Assembly (NCBI GenBank): GCA_965116875.1
Contig: OZ220733.1
Span: 4,992,001-5,056,000, forward strand
DNA: 64,000 bases
Source of the DNA: Candidatus Latescibacterota bacterium
GTDB lineage: Bacteria > Latescibacterota > UBA2968 > GCA-2709665
Direction: 5' to 3'
The stretch's first letter is position 1; the number at the start of each line of letters is the position of its first letter. Below are positions 31,551-41,225 of this stretch, one piece after another. The translations under genes were made by a program, and so were the position numbers. The notes below the pieces were generated by a model that had not been told where the DNA came from, ran no database searches, and saw nothing but the letters and a program-made list of their open reading frames with translations.

Positions 31551-31579
31551 TTGACAATGCGCATGACTGAACGTAGCTT
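31551..31579 (+). promoter_or_regulatory. sigma70-type promoter
   Basis: TTGACA-17 nt-TAGCTT upstream of the RDD gene. Confidence 0.5.
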
Positions 31580-31631
31580 CAGCGGCGACACGTGAGTTGA
31601 AAACGTCAGAACAGCAGACAAGGAGACAACC

Positions 31632-32174
31632 ATGGCCGATGACCCGCCCGCGGAGATGATTCCGGTTGACGCCGCCGGCAGAATCGGATTCAACAGGCGA
31701 TTCTGCGCATTTGCAATCGACGTCATCGCCATTGGGATCCTGACATTCATCTCGAACCTTCTGACGGGCGAAAACGGCGCCGAGGGTCAGGCAAGTCTGC
31801 ACCACCTCTCCGATCTGACGCTGCAGATGGCAAGCGTGGGCGTCTTCGCATCTTCGGTTCAACTCCTCTACTGTCTGATCGAGGGTCTGACCGGCGCATC
31901 GCCGGGAAAGATGATACTCGGGATTCAGATCCGGGCCGCCAGCGGCGCGCCGGCGGCCACAGGTACGCTGATCCTGCGTATGATTGCAAAACAGATCAAG
32001 GTCGTTGCGACGCTGATTGTCTCGCTCACCGGGAGCCAGTTGTTGACGGTCGTGGGGTTGTCTGGGGGCGTGATCTTCTTCTTCGGATGCTTTCTTGCAC
32101 TTGGCGCCGCCCGGCAGGCGCTGCACGACCGGATTCTCCAGACCGCCGTGTTCCCGGCCGAAACCCGTGTCTGA
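31632..32174 (+). CDS. RDD family membrane protein
   Basis: RRFCAFAID, GASPGKMILGI, RQALHDRI; AAGGAG RBS. Confidence 0.88.
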   Translation: MADDPPAEMIPVDAAGRIGFNRRFCAFAIDVIAIGILTFISNLLTGENGAEGQASLHHLSDLTLQMASVGVFASSVQLLYCLIEGLTGASPGKMILGIQIRAASGAPAATGTLILRMIAKQIKVVATLIVSLTGSQLLTVVGLSGGVIFFFGCFLALGAARQALHDRILQTAVFPAETRV

Positions 32175-32228
32175 ACGCGTTTTCGATCCCGTCGATTCTC
32201 CCCCAAAGCGGTATCCCGGGAGGATTTT

Positions 32229-33113
32229 TTGGAAAGTTTGGAAACAGTCAGCGACCTGACGTCGGCCGGGGAAGACGTCGTTCCCCGGACACATACGCTC
32301 GATACGCTTTACCGGGACCTGAAAACGCTTGGCGTGGAACAGGGCGATACGCTCTTTGTTCATTCGTCTTTCAAGAGCCTTGGAGAGGTCGAAGGAGGGG
32401 CCCATACCGTCGTGAGCGCCCTCGAGAACGCGGCGGACCCCGGCGGCCTCATCCTGATGCCATCATTCAATCTCCTGGAGGACAACCGGTTGCGCGCCGA
32501 GACGTGGAACCCGGATACAACCCCCTCCACCGTGGGCTGGCTCACGGAGTTCTTTCGCACGCTGCCCGGAACGTACCGCTCCGACCACTATTCCCATTCC
32601 GTCGCCGCCCGCGGCAGAAACGCCGGGGCATTCGTTGGCGGCCACCGCGACCGAAACGGGCGATCTTCTCCGTGGGACCGCGACCCGTGGGGTAAGACCT
32701 ACGGCGACAATTCACCGATGGTCCGCGCGTACGCGGCCGGCGGCAAAGTGCTCATGCTGGGGGTGACGTACGAAACCTCCACCTACATTCACCTTGTGGA
32801 AGTCATCTGCTGGCACCGGCGCCGGGAAAACGAGCCGGATGCGGAATACATGTGGATCGACAGGACGAACCTCGGCGCTTTCTGGGAAGCAAACGGTCGC
32901 ATCCGGCGGGGCCCGGTCGGGGACTCCGACTCCCGGCTGTTCCCCATCCGGACCTATGTGGATACGCTCGTCGAGGAAGCGGAATGCAGGCCCGAGGCGT
33001 ATTTCAAACAGGCCGTTGCCCGCCAGGCCACTCGCCAGCTGAATCACGGCAATCCAATTCCGGGACGAACACCGGACCGAACCCGCCGCAGGCAGGATCC
33101 TGAAGGAGGTTGA
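32229..33113 (+). CDS. AAC(3)/YokD family N-acetyltransferase
   Basis: GDTLFVHSSFKSLG, YRSDHYSHSVAARG, STYIHLVE; start uncertain. Confidence 0.8.
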   Translation: MESLETVSDLTSAGEDVVPRTHTLDTLYRDLKTLGVEQGDTLFVHSSFKSLGEVEGGAHTVVSALENAADPGGLILMPSFNLLEDNRLRAETWNPDTTPSTVGWLTEFFRTLPGTYRSDHYSHSVAARGRNAGAFVGGHRDRNGRSSPWDRDPWGKTYGDNSPMVRAYAAGGKVLMLGVTYETSTYIHLVEVICWHRRRENEPDAEYMWIDRTNLGAFWEANGRIRRGPVGDSDSRLFPIRTYVDTLVEEAECRPEAYFKQAVARQATRQLNHGNPIPGRTPDRTRRRQDPEGG

Positions 33114-33114
33114 T

Positions 33115-33360
33115 GTGACGTCGGCACAGGCTGCATCGCTGAGGAAGGCATTGGAAGCGCTGATGGACGCCATTGCAAAGAGGGAACCGATCGCGGACCA
33201 CCTGCACCATCTGGCCACGCTCCACCGGAATCTCGCTCCCTTCACGTCCCGGCAACTGGATCATTTCCTGCAGAACAGAAGTTATGCCAAGGCGCTGGAA
33301 TACATCCGCCAGGGTGTCGTCATCGAGGACCCGGATCGTCCCGACTGCGACGACAGATAA
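33115..33360 (+). CDS. small hypothetical protein
   Basis: GGAGG RBS, operon position, LDHFLQNRSYAKALEYI helical motif. Confidence 0.6.
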   Translation: MTSAQAASLRKALEALMDAIAKREPIADHLHHLATLHRNLAPFTSRQLDHFLQNRSYAKALEYIRQGVVIEDPDRPDCDDR

Positions 33361-33483
33361 TCGCAACCATGCGCCTCGCGCGGATCCACCCATCCGGGAT
33401 CCCACACCGGTGAGGTCGCTTGACGGCCTGCGAGGATTCGCCGCGTCCTCACGATCCACATCACCCTACAGAAAGGCTCCACC

Positions 33484-34251
33484 ATGGTAAAGAGCATACG
33501 CCGGCGCGCGCTTGCGCGTGAAGTCGTGGCCGGGACCTTCTTGAACCTGGGGTCCGCCGTTACGGCCGAAATCGCCGGTAAGAGCGGTCTCGACTGGGTC
33601 CTCATCGACATCGAACACGGCGCATCGGACCTGGAGACGCTTCGAGTCCAGCTACAGGTCGTCTCCGGAACCCCCGCCGTGCCCATCGTCCGCATCGCGG
33701 CAAACGAACCCCCGCGGTTCAAACGCGTCCTGGACATGGGCGCTTCGGGCGTGATGGTACCCTACGTGAGTACGGTGGCCGAGGCCGAGCAGGCGGTGGC
33801 TTCAAGTCGCTATCCGCCGAGGGGTGTTCGAGGCGTTGCCAAGTTGAACAGGGGCAGCGAGTTCGGAAGGGATTTCGATGAATATTTCAGAAGGTCCCAC
33901 GAGCTGCTGACAACCGTCGTGCAGATTGAAACCCCGGAAGCCGTGAACGCCATTGACGAGATCGCCGCGGTGGACGGCGTGGACGTACTGTTCATCGGTC
34001 CCCTCGACCTGAGCGTGAACCTGGGGATTCCGCAGCAATTCGACCATCCCCGGTTTCTGGATGCGAGGACAAGGGTTTCCGAAGCTGCAGGGCGGGCCGG
34101 CAAGGCCGCCGGAATCCTTCTGCTGGACCCCGGCCACCTCGATGCCGCGGTGCGGGACGGATTCACCTTTATTGCGCTCGGATCGGACGGCGGCCTGGTC
34201 GCGGCGGGCATGCAGAACATCGCGGACGCATTCGATTCGCATACGGCGTAG
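33484..34251 (+). CDS. HpcH/HpaI class II pyruvate aldolase
   Basis: DWVLIDIEHG, RYPPRGVRG, VQIET, LFIGPLDLS. Confidence 0.9.
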   Translation: MVKSIRRRALAREVVAGTFLNLGSAVTAEIAGKSGLDWVLIDIEHGASDLETLRVQLQVVSGTPAVPIVRIAANEPPRFKRVLDMGASGVMVPYVSTVAEAEQAVASSRYPPRGVRGVAKLNRGSEFGRDFDEYFRRSHELLTTVVQIETPEAVNAIDEIAAVDGVDVLFIGPLDLSVNLGIPQQFDHPRFLDARTRVSEAAGRAGKAAGILLLDPGHLDAAVRDGFTFIALGSDGGLVAAGMQNIADAFDSHTA

Positions 34252-34299
34252 CCGGCGCACGAATGCGCATCGGTCCGGTACTCGCGGAGAACGTCAATC

Positions 34300-35250
34300 A
34301 TGGACCATAGCGAAACAATCCGGAGGTCGGCGGACGCGCAAGGGGTCTACGTCTTTGTGATGACGCCGATGACAACCGCCGTGAACCGGAAGGGCGTATA
34401 CCGGATCGATGCAGCGGGCCTGGAGAAAAACGCCCGTTATTTCGCGGGTGTCGAGGGCCGGAAGACCCTGGTGATCTGCGGCGGATCGGGGGAATTCTAC
34501 GACCTGTCGCCATCCGAAGTCAAGGAACTCGCTGCCGCGGCGGTTTCCGGAGCCCGGGGGTCGTGCGGGATCGTATGCGGGATCGGTTGGAGTACGGGAA
34601 CAGCCGTGAAGATGGCGGAAAACGCACAGGACGCAGGCTGCGACGCCCTGCTTGTGATGCCTCACGACCCGGTCGTCGCCCGCGGCGAAGAGGCGATCTG
34701 GAGGCGCCACCAGGCCATCGGGAAAGCGGTGGATATCGGCGTCATCCCGTTCCGGGCGCCGCGGCAACTCCTCTCCATCAACCTCGTGAAGCGCTTTTCG
34801 GGTCTCAAGAAGGTCGTCGCCATCAAGGAGGAGAGCAACGCCGTCGACTGGGTGCGCACCGGCTGCAGGGCCGTGGGTCACCGCGTTCCCATTATCACGG
34901 GAGGCGGCGAGAACATGGCGCCCTATTATTATCTCGCGGGCGCCAGCGGATTCACGACGGGAATGGCCAATCTTACCCTGTCGAAGTCCATCGAGATGCA
35001 CAATGCCGGAATGCGGCGACGCTGGAAGACGGCGATGGACCTCAGGGACTGGTTCGAGCCCCTGACGTCCCTGAGAGGCGAACTCGGCACGCCCATGCTC
35101 AAGGCCGGCCTGGAGATGATGGGTCTGGCGGGAGGCCCCGTACGGGGCGCGGCACAGGCGCAACCGGCCGCGGCTCGCTCCGTCGACGTACTCGCGGCGA
35201 AGGACCGAGCCAGGCTCCGGCGTCTGCTCAAGAAAAAGGAGGTGCTGTGA
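34300..35250 (+). CDS. dihydrodipicolinate synthase family protein (KDG dehydratase-like)
   Basis: GGSGEFYDL, DALLVMP, VAIKE catalytic Lys, GFTTG. Confidence 0.8.
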   Translation: MDHSETIRRSADAQGVYVFVMTPMTTAVNRKGVYRIDAAGLEKNARYFAGVEGRKTLVICGGSGEFYDLSPSEVKELAAAAVSGARGSCGIVCGIGWSTGTAVKMAENAQDAGCDALLVMPHDPVVARGEEAIWRRHQAIGKAVDIGVIPFRAPRQLLSINLVKRFSGLKKVVAIKEESNAVDWVRTGCRAVGHRVPIITGGGENMAPYYYLAGASGFTTGMANLTLSKSIEMHNAGMRRRWKTAMDLRDWFEPLTSLRGELGTPMLKAGLEMMGLAGGPVRGAAQAQPAAARSVDVLAAKDRARLRRLLKKKEVL

Positions 35251-35329
35251 GCAGCGCCCCCTGTCTGACTCCCTCACGCCGGTGAGGGTTGAATATCCCG
35301 CACTTGTCGCGTCCGTCCACGGCCGGCCG

Positions 35330-36601
35330 TCACCCGGATCGAGGTCCGGACGTCGCCAGATTGCCCTCCCCGTCGAAATTCATCTCCGCCGGTTCGCCCG
35401 ATACCTCCACTTCCGGCATCCCGGAGATCTCCGGGAGCAGCGACTCTGACGCCTTGAGGTGTTCCAGTTCCAGCGTCGAGCGTATCCGCATCACTCTCGC
35501 ATCCGGGTTGCCGCCGTTGCCGGACGAGCCAAGTGCGATCTCAATCGCCTCCCTGTCGTTTTCGCCCACGATGGGTATGTACGCGCGATTCAGGAACGTG
35601 CTGGTCATCGCGTTGGCATAGGTCGCCTTGAAGTCGATATTGTCCACGAGACGGCGGGTGGTCACGTCGGCCAGGCCGATCCCGTTGGCGTTGCCGTGGG
35701 TCTCGGGTGTCAGGTCCCGCACAACGATGCGTTCGATACGCGGTGATTCCGGCTCCTCGATCCCCTCCAGCCATATCCGTCCGATGATGTTTGGATCCAT
35801 TCCCGTACCGCTGATATTCTTGCCGATCCGGTCCACGATCAGGACGTCGATCCGATCGACGGGTATCCGGGGCATCAGCTCCCGGGCCTCATCCAGCAAT
35901 CCCGGCTCGACCGCCGCCAGCTCGTCCGGCTCCACGGCAACCACTTTTGCCGTCTGCTCGCAGGCGTTTTCGAGAATTGCCACGCCGAGCGCGATGGGGG
36001 CCTCCTGAAGGATGATCCGGCCCCAGGCCGGTATGATCCGCGGCAATCCCGCCGCACCCATCGAATGCGCCAGCGTGGCCCCGTGGTGCGATCCCAGCCC
36101 GATCGTCATCATCTTCATCAGCCCGCTCTCGAACGGCCCGCGGAACGACGTGTGGGGCTTGACCCGGTTCACCAGCACCACCGCGTCGGCCTCTCCTGCC
36201 AATCGGTTCAGCACAACCGGGATACCATCATCCGTTTCCCCGACCTGTACCACGTCCATCGTGGCATCGACCGGCGCTCCCATCGTGGACTCGTCGATGC
36301 CGTACGAGGCCAGAATCGCTTTCTGTCCGTTGGCCGTGGCCCCGCCGTGACTGCCCATCGACGCCAGAACGAAGGGAACGCCACCCAGCTCACGGACGCA
36401 ATCCACGACCGCCCGCGTCATCTGTGCGATCCGGTGAATGCCCCTGCTGCCGGCCGTAATCGCCACCCGTGCGCCGCCGGAGACGCGGGCGCCCAGCGAT
36501 GAGTCCAGGACGCACCGCCGCGTCTGTTCGACGGGGTCGTCCAGACTCTCCGCGTCAAAGGCCTGGCGCAGCGGAAACATCCGGGGAAGATCCATCTCCA
36601 T
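35330..36601 (-). CDS. LarA-like / DUF2088 lactate racemase-domain protein
   Basis: AITAGSRGI, MGSHGGAT, NRVKPHT, GKNISGTGMD, HGNANGIG. Confidence 0.8.
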   Translation of the reverse strand: MEMDLPRMFPLRQAFDAESLDDPVEQTRRCVLDSSLGARVSGGARVAITAGSRGIHRIAQMTRAVVDCVRELGGVPFVLASMGSHGGATANGQKAILASYGIDESTMGAPVDATMDVVQVGETDDGIPVVLNRLAGEADAVVLVNRVKPHTSFRGPFESGLMKMMTIGLGSHHGATLAHSMGAAGLPRIIPAWGRIILQEAPIALGVAILENACEQTAKVVAVEPDELAAVEPGLLDEARELMPRIPVDRIDVLIVDRIGKNISGTGMDPNIIGRIWLEGIEEPESPRIERIVVRDLTPETHGNANGIGLADVTTRRLVDNIDFKATYANAMTSTFLNRAYIPIVGENDREAIEIALGSSGNGGNPDARVMRIRSTLELEHLKASESLLPEISGMPEVEVSGEPAEMNFDGEGNLATSGPRSG

Positions 36602-36624
36602 CCTTTTTCGTCAGGTCGTGCTAA

Positions 36625-36810
36625 GAAGCTGTTTTAAAATTACCGGTGAGTTCCCGAGCGCGAGCGAAAAAGTGGCGGTCAAGGCGGGAAAATCCGGCTA
36701 TGAGAGGCGAGCAAGCGCAGCCTCGATCTCGTAAGACGGGTGGATTTGACCAACGCCGACCGGCGCTTTTGCAGCCGTGCGAAGACCACTGGGAATTTTA
36801 AGACAGCTTC
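36625..36810. mobile_element. MITE-like element (186 bp) with terminal inverted repeats
   Basis: GAAGCTGTTTTAAAATT ... AATTTTAAGACAGCTTC (1 mismatch), flanked by TAA on both sides; no ORF. Confidence 0.7.
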
Positions 36811-37658
36811 TAAGATAAACGGAACACCGATTCCGCGTTTCCGGCCGTGATGCGTTCAAAGGCGTCCCTTGAAAGATCGGCGCTCCGGATAAAGTCCAGC
36901 ATGGGCGGGATGCCAACGATGGAACACGCCGGCGACGGCCGCGTGTGGATCGTGTCCGTGGCGAACATCAACCGATGTTTCCATCGCTTCACGAAGTTCA
37001 GCCCGAATGCCGGGTCCCGGGTGACGGCGTTGTAACCCGATTGCGCCGAGAGGTCGGCATACAGATTCGAATATCTCCGGAACAACGTATCCAGACGTCC
37101 GCCGGGCGCCACAGGTCCTTCCGGATAGCGCTCGCCCTGTCCGACCTCCCCCGAGATTTCCCGCCAGAAGTATTGCGCGTGGCCCACCCACTTTACGTTC
37201 CGGTAGGTCTTCACCATCCGCTCGAAACCCGGCAGTCCGGTATCGTCCCTGTTAATCCAGTGGTCGATATGCATGACGATTGCCAGTCCCAGCCGGTCGC
37301 ACGCCTCGTAAACGCGCTGCTGCATCGGATCGTCCACCGGCAGGCCGCAAAGGTTCTCGCCGTATCCCACGCATCCCTGGTCCATATAGTGCTCGAGGAT
37401 CGGGTACGGCTGGAACCGGCCGGGGTATCGATGCCTTGGATCCACGGCGCAAAGCGGCAGCAGCCGGTCCCGGTGAGGCCGGGTGAGCCTCAGCAACTCT
37501 TTCGTCGTCATGTAGAAGTCGAGTTCCTCGGGCACCTCCACGGCCATGACGATGCCCTTTTCAATCCCATGCCGGTCCATCCAGCGCAACAGCCTGGCAG
37601 GAGTGAGGCCCGGGTCTTCCAGCACGAGCTGTCCCAGATGCAGGTGTGTATCGATCAT
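36810..37658 (-). CDS. amidohydrolase_2 family protein (paralog 2)
   Basis: MIDTHLH, YADLSA, LMFATD. Confidence 0.85.
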   Translation of the reverse strand: MIDTHLHLGQLVLEDPGLTPARLLRWMDRHGIEKGIVMAVEVPEELDFYMTTKELLRLTRPHRDRLLPLCAVDPRHRYPGRFQPYPILEHYMDQGCVGYGENLCGLPVDDPMQQRVYEACDRLGLAIVMHIDHWINRDDTGLPGFERMVKTYRNVKWVGHAQYFWREISGEVGQGERYPEGPVAPGGRLDTLFRRYSNLYADLSAQSGYNAVTRDPAFGLNFVKRWKHRLMFATDTIHTRPSPACSIVGIPPMLDFIRSADLSRDAFERITAGNAESVFRLS

Positions 37659-37723
37659 TGGCCAACCCCTTGGGTGTACGGGCAAGTTTCCCCAGGAGCC
37701 GTTTCATTGCTCCCGGCGGCCCG

Positions 37724-38545
37724 TCAGATCCGGAAGACCTTCTCTGCATTCTTCCGCGTGATGCGATCGAACGCGTCCTTCGACAGCGGCGCATCCTTAA
37801 TATAATCGACAATCGGCGTTTCCTGCCCCACCCGCAGGTAGTCGGTGGCGAACATCAGCCGGTGTTTCCAGCGTTTCAGGAACTTCAGACCGAATTCCGG
37901 ATCCCGTGTGATGGCCCCGTACCCGGAGCCCGCGGAAAGGTCCGCGTAGAGATTGGGGTACTTTCGAAACAGCGCTTCGACCCTGCCTCCAGGCGCCACT
38001 CTTCCTTTGGGATATCCCGCCGAGGCGTCCACGTCGCCGGAAATCTCACGCCAGAAGTGTGGAGAATGCCCGATGAATTTCACGTTCCGGTAGGTCTTCA
38101 GCATGCGTTCAAACCCGGTGAGCCCCGGCTTGTCACGGTTGATCCATGCATCGAAGTGCATCACGATGGCGATATTCAACCGGTCGCACGCTTCGTACAC
38201 GCGTTCTTGCATCGGATCGTCCACAGGCAGACCGCACAGGTTCTCCCCGTATCCCACACAACCCTGATCCATGTAACTCGCGATGATCGGGTACGGCTGG
38301 AACCGGCCGGGATACCGATGACGGGGATCCACGGCGCAAAGAGGCTTCAGCCGGTCGCGATGCGGGCGCGTCATTCTGAGCAGTTCCTTCGTGGTCACGA
38401 AGAAGTCCAGCTCCTCGGGCACCTCCACCGCCATCACCACCGCCTTTTCGATTTCCTGCCGGTCCATCCACCGAAGGAGTTTGGCCGGCGTCAATCCCGG
38501 ATTGTCGAACAGGAGCTGTCCCAGATGAACGTGTGTGTCGATCAT
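37724..38545 (-). CDS. amidohydrolase_2 family protein (paralog 1)
   Basis: MIDTHVH, YADLSAGSG, LMFATDY. Confidence 0.85.
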   Translation of the reverse strand: MIDTHVHLGQLLFDNPGLTPAKLLRWMDRQEIEKAVVMAVEVPEELDFFVTTKELLRMTRPHRDRLKPLCAVDPRHRYPGRFQPYPIIASYMDQGCVGYGENLCGLPVDDPMQERVYEACDRLNIAIVMHFDAWINRDKPGLTGFERMLKTYRNVKFIGHSPHFWREISGDVDASAGYPKGRVAPGGRVEALFRKYPNLYADLSAGSGYGAITRDPEFGLKFLKRWKHRLMFATDYLRVGQETPIVDYIKDAPLSKDAFDRITRKNAEKVFRI

Positions 38546-38615
38546 TGTCTTCACTCCACCCTTTTGAGTTCCGCTTCCTCTGCGTCCCGTTGAAAAGCCC
38601 ATCCCGGCCGCCGGT

Positions 38616-39764
38616 CTACCCGCGTTTCGAGCCCTTCCTGAGTGTATCCATGATCAAAAGCGAAATCGACTGCACGGTCTCGTCCAGATCCGCATTCTCG
38701 AACGACGGCACGCCGGCAATGTCGCCAACGTCCAGAATATGCTGCTGGATTTTCATGATCTGTTTCAGGGACCGGACGTACCGGTGCCGCGTACGGCCGG
38801 CGGCGCTCTTTCCCCGGCTTTCAAACCGGTCCGTAAATTGCTGTAGATCAGTAAGATACAGATTCAAATGGATAAAAATCGCCTTTCCGGAAAACCCTTC
38901 CAGTTCGAGGAGATCGGGCATCAGATGAACGCCGTCCACGATCAGGCTCACGTTTTCGTCGATCGCCCGTGCGATGGTCGCCCGCACGCCCACGGATACG
39001 CGGGCGGCCTGTTCGCGAAAGCCGTAGATGACGGGATCGGGCGCCTCGCCGGCCGGCACAGGGATCGCTTCCCACGCCGCGTATGACGAGACCTGCAATT
39101 CGGGCATGAGATCGGACGAAATCATCAGCCGCATCACCTGCCGGATTTCGTCGGTAGACGCGACCCTCGACACCCGCAGCAGATTGGCGAGCGCAACGCC
39201 TACCGTGGTTTTGCCAACGCCCGTACCCCCGCCGATCAGCACGATCAGCGGCGTTGTCTGCCCGCCCTTTCGAAACCGGTTCCAGATGCCGTACCGCTCC
39301 GCGAACGCGTCGCCCGAATCGTTGCTGAGCATGTTCAGCGTGGCTTTCAGGATGTCGTCGCGGTTAACCACCGTCCTGTTGCTCTGGATGAAATCGCCCT
39401 CGATCCGTTCGGCGATCCGGTAGGCCTGGCTTTCGTCAACGCCGGTAATGGCCAGCGAGTCGGAGAGATGGTCCTTCGAAAAGGGCCGGGTGCCCAGGTC
39501 GTCTTCGACCAGGATTTGCCTGGACCTCGGCGCCCAGAAAACACCGTCTCCCACCGGACGGTCGGCGAAGAGCTCGCGCGCATGGGTATGGACCAGGTCA
39601 ATCATCCTGCCCGCGGGCACCTTCTTCTGCTTCTGAATGGAACTCCGGACCCGGTCCGCGACCTGGTATGCCTCCCGGAAGGAGAATCCCTGTTCCAGCA
39701 GGTAGTGGGTCAGCATTCCTCGAAGGAACGGAATGCGCCTCCCGCTATCCACGATGATGGCCAA
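38616..39764 (-). CDS. 2-phosphoglycerate kinase-like P-loop protein with two ATP-cone-like domains
   Basis: PFLRGML and PFSKDHL cone starts, GGGTGVGKTT, STDEIRQVMR, IVDGVHL; AGGAGG RBS. Confidence 0.75.
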   Translation of the reverse strand: MAIIVDSGRRIPFLRGMLTHYLLEQGFSFREAYQVADRVRSSIQKQKKVPAGRMIDLVHTHARELFADRPVGDGVFWAPRSRQILVEDDLGTRPFSKDHLSDSLAITGVDESQAYRIAERIEGDFIQSNRTVVNRDDILKATLNMLSNDSGDAFAERYGIWNRFRKGGQTTPLIVLIGGGTGVGKTTVGVALANLLRVSRVASTDEIRQVMRLMISSDLMPELQVSSYAAWEAIPVPAGEAPDPVIYGFREQAARVSVGVRATIARAIDENVSLIVDGVHLMPDLLELEGFSGKAIFIHLNLYLTDLQQFTDRFESRGKSAAGRTRHRYVRSLKQIMKIQQHILDVGDIAGVPSFENADLDETVQSISLLIMDTLRKGSKRG

Positions 39765-39807
39765 CTCAGCCTCCTGAGACGCCGTGGTATATCACGATGA
39801 AAGCCGG

Positions 39808-39832
39808 TTACGGGGCGATTGGCGCCCCGTAA
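39808..39832. terminator. intergenic hairpin, possible terminator of the M24 gene
   Basis: TTACGGGGCG-attgg-CGCCCCGTAA, 10-bp stem. Confidence 0.4.
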
Positions 39833-39937
39833 GAATTAGGCCGGTCGGCAGACGGAAGTCAACCGAAATTGTACGCGACCGCCGTTGAGACGCCTCGCCG
39901 CTGAACCGCCGTCGGACCGTTCCATTGCCCGGCAATT

Positions 39938-41077
39938 TCACCCCTTGAAAGGCAAGAGATCCAGAGGATAATCAGAAAGGGTTTCCACGCCGGCGGGCGT
40001 GATCACGAACGTATTCTCCAGACGGATTCCCGCGCGCAGGACGTCACTGTAGGCGCCCGGCTCACAGGAAAACACGTCGCCAACTTCAAATTCCGCGTCC
40101 CGGTCGCGGTTGATGTCGGGCGCCTCGTGCGCGCGCAGCCCCACGCCGTGGCCTCCGTGGTGGATCAGCCCGGAGTCGGCCAGGTGCGGGTGCTCGCGAA
40201 TGCGCGCGTCGATCGTCTTCCACAGCCCGGTTGCGCTTTCCCCCGGCCTCACCAGGTCCGGAACGTCGCGCAGAATGGCGGCAAGGTGCTCGTAGACGGA
40301 CGACTGCAGGTCCGTGGGCTGCCCCCCAACCGCGAACGTGCGCGCCAGGTCCGACCAGTATCCGCGATAGGTGGACTGGGCGTCTATGATGTAGAGTTCC
40401 CCCGCTTCGATCCTTCGATCCCTCGCGGTACCGCCAATAACGCCGGCGCGATAGTCCCCCCCGTGATAGACCACCTCCCCCGCCGCCTTCATGGCCGCCT
40501 GCTGCGCCTCCGCCAGCACATCGAGTTCGTTCACACCCGGTTCGATGACTTCCCGGGCGCGCGTATATGCCGCCAGATCGACTTCGACGCTTTTTCGCAG
40601 CAGGGCCAGTTCGTCGGCGTCCTTCCTCTTGTGCAGGCCGGCCAACAGTTCATCGACTGCTGCCCAGGCATCCGGAGACAGCCTGGCGTCCACCGTTTCC
40701 GCAAGCAACCGATCCAGTCCCTCCTGCTGCCATCCGACGCGGGAGACCGGTTTCGCGCCGCTCAGTTTTAACGACACCGCTTTTTCGAGCTGACGGACGG
40801 GATCGGGATTCATCGTACTCATTTTGTGCCATTCGTAGATGATCCGGTCGTCCACCAGCGCGTCGCCCTCCCCGCTATGGGCCGCCAGCCAGGAACCGCC
40901 ATCCGTCTCGAAATACAGGAAAGCCGGGAAATGAAACGCGGGGAATCCGCACAACAGCACGCCGGTCAGATAGTATATCTCGAGATGGTCCGTCAAAACG
41001 ACGGCGTCTATGCCTTCCTCATTCAGTTGTTCGCGCAGCCTGTTCTGCCGGTCCCTGCAGCCTTCCAGTGTCAACAT
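39938..41077 (-). CDS. M24 Xaa-Pro aminopeptidase family protein
   Basis: GYWSDLARTF, HHGGHGVGLRAHEAP, SCEPG, GIRLEN. Confidence 0.88.
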   Translation of the reverse strand: MLTLEGCRDRQNRLREQLNEEGIDAVVLTDHLEIYYLTGVLLCGFPAFHFPAFLYFETDGGSWLAAHSGEGDALVDDRIIYEWHKMSTMNPDPVRQLEKAVSLKLSGAKPVSRVGWQQEGLDRLLAETVDARLSPDAWAAVDELLAGLHKRKDADELALLRKSVEVDLAAYTRAREVIEPGVNELDVLAEAQQAAMKAAGEVVYHGGDYRAGVIGGTARDRRIEAGELYIIDAQSTYRGYWSDLARTFAVGGQPTDLQSSVYEHLAAILRDVPDLVRPGESATGLWKTIDARIREHPHLADSGLIHHGGHGVGLRAHEAPDINRDRDAEFEVGDVFSCEPGAYSDVLRAGIRLENTFVITPAGVETLSDYPLDLLPFKG

Positions 41078-41225
41078 GAACGGGGCTCCCTTCGTTTTCA
41101 GCCGGGTTGTTTTGCTGTTCAGAAACCGGTTTCTTTCGTATGATAACAGGGCCCGAGGCGGCCGGTCAAGTGAATTGGCCGCCGGAGATTCAAGTGTGTT
41201 TTCAACGAAGACTGAAAGGAACGCT

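Noticed and set aside
32229-33113. Aminoglycoside resistance gene
   Set aside because: The AAC(3)/YokD family is broad; no mobile context, so resistance cannot be claimed
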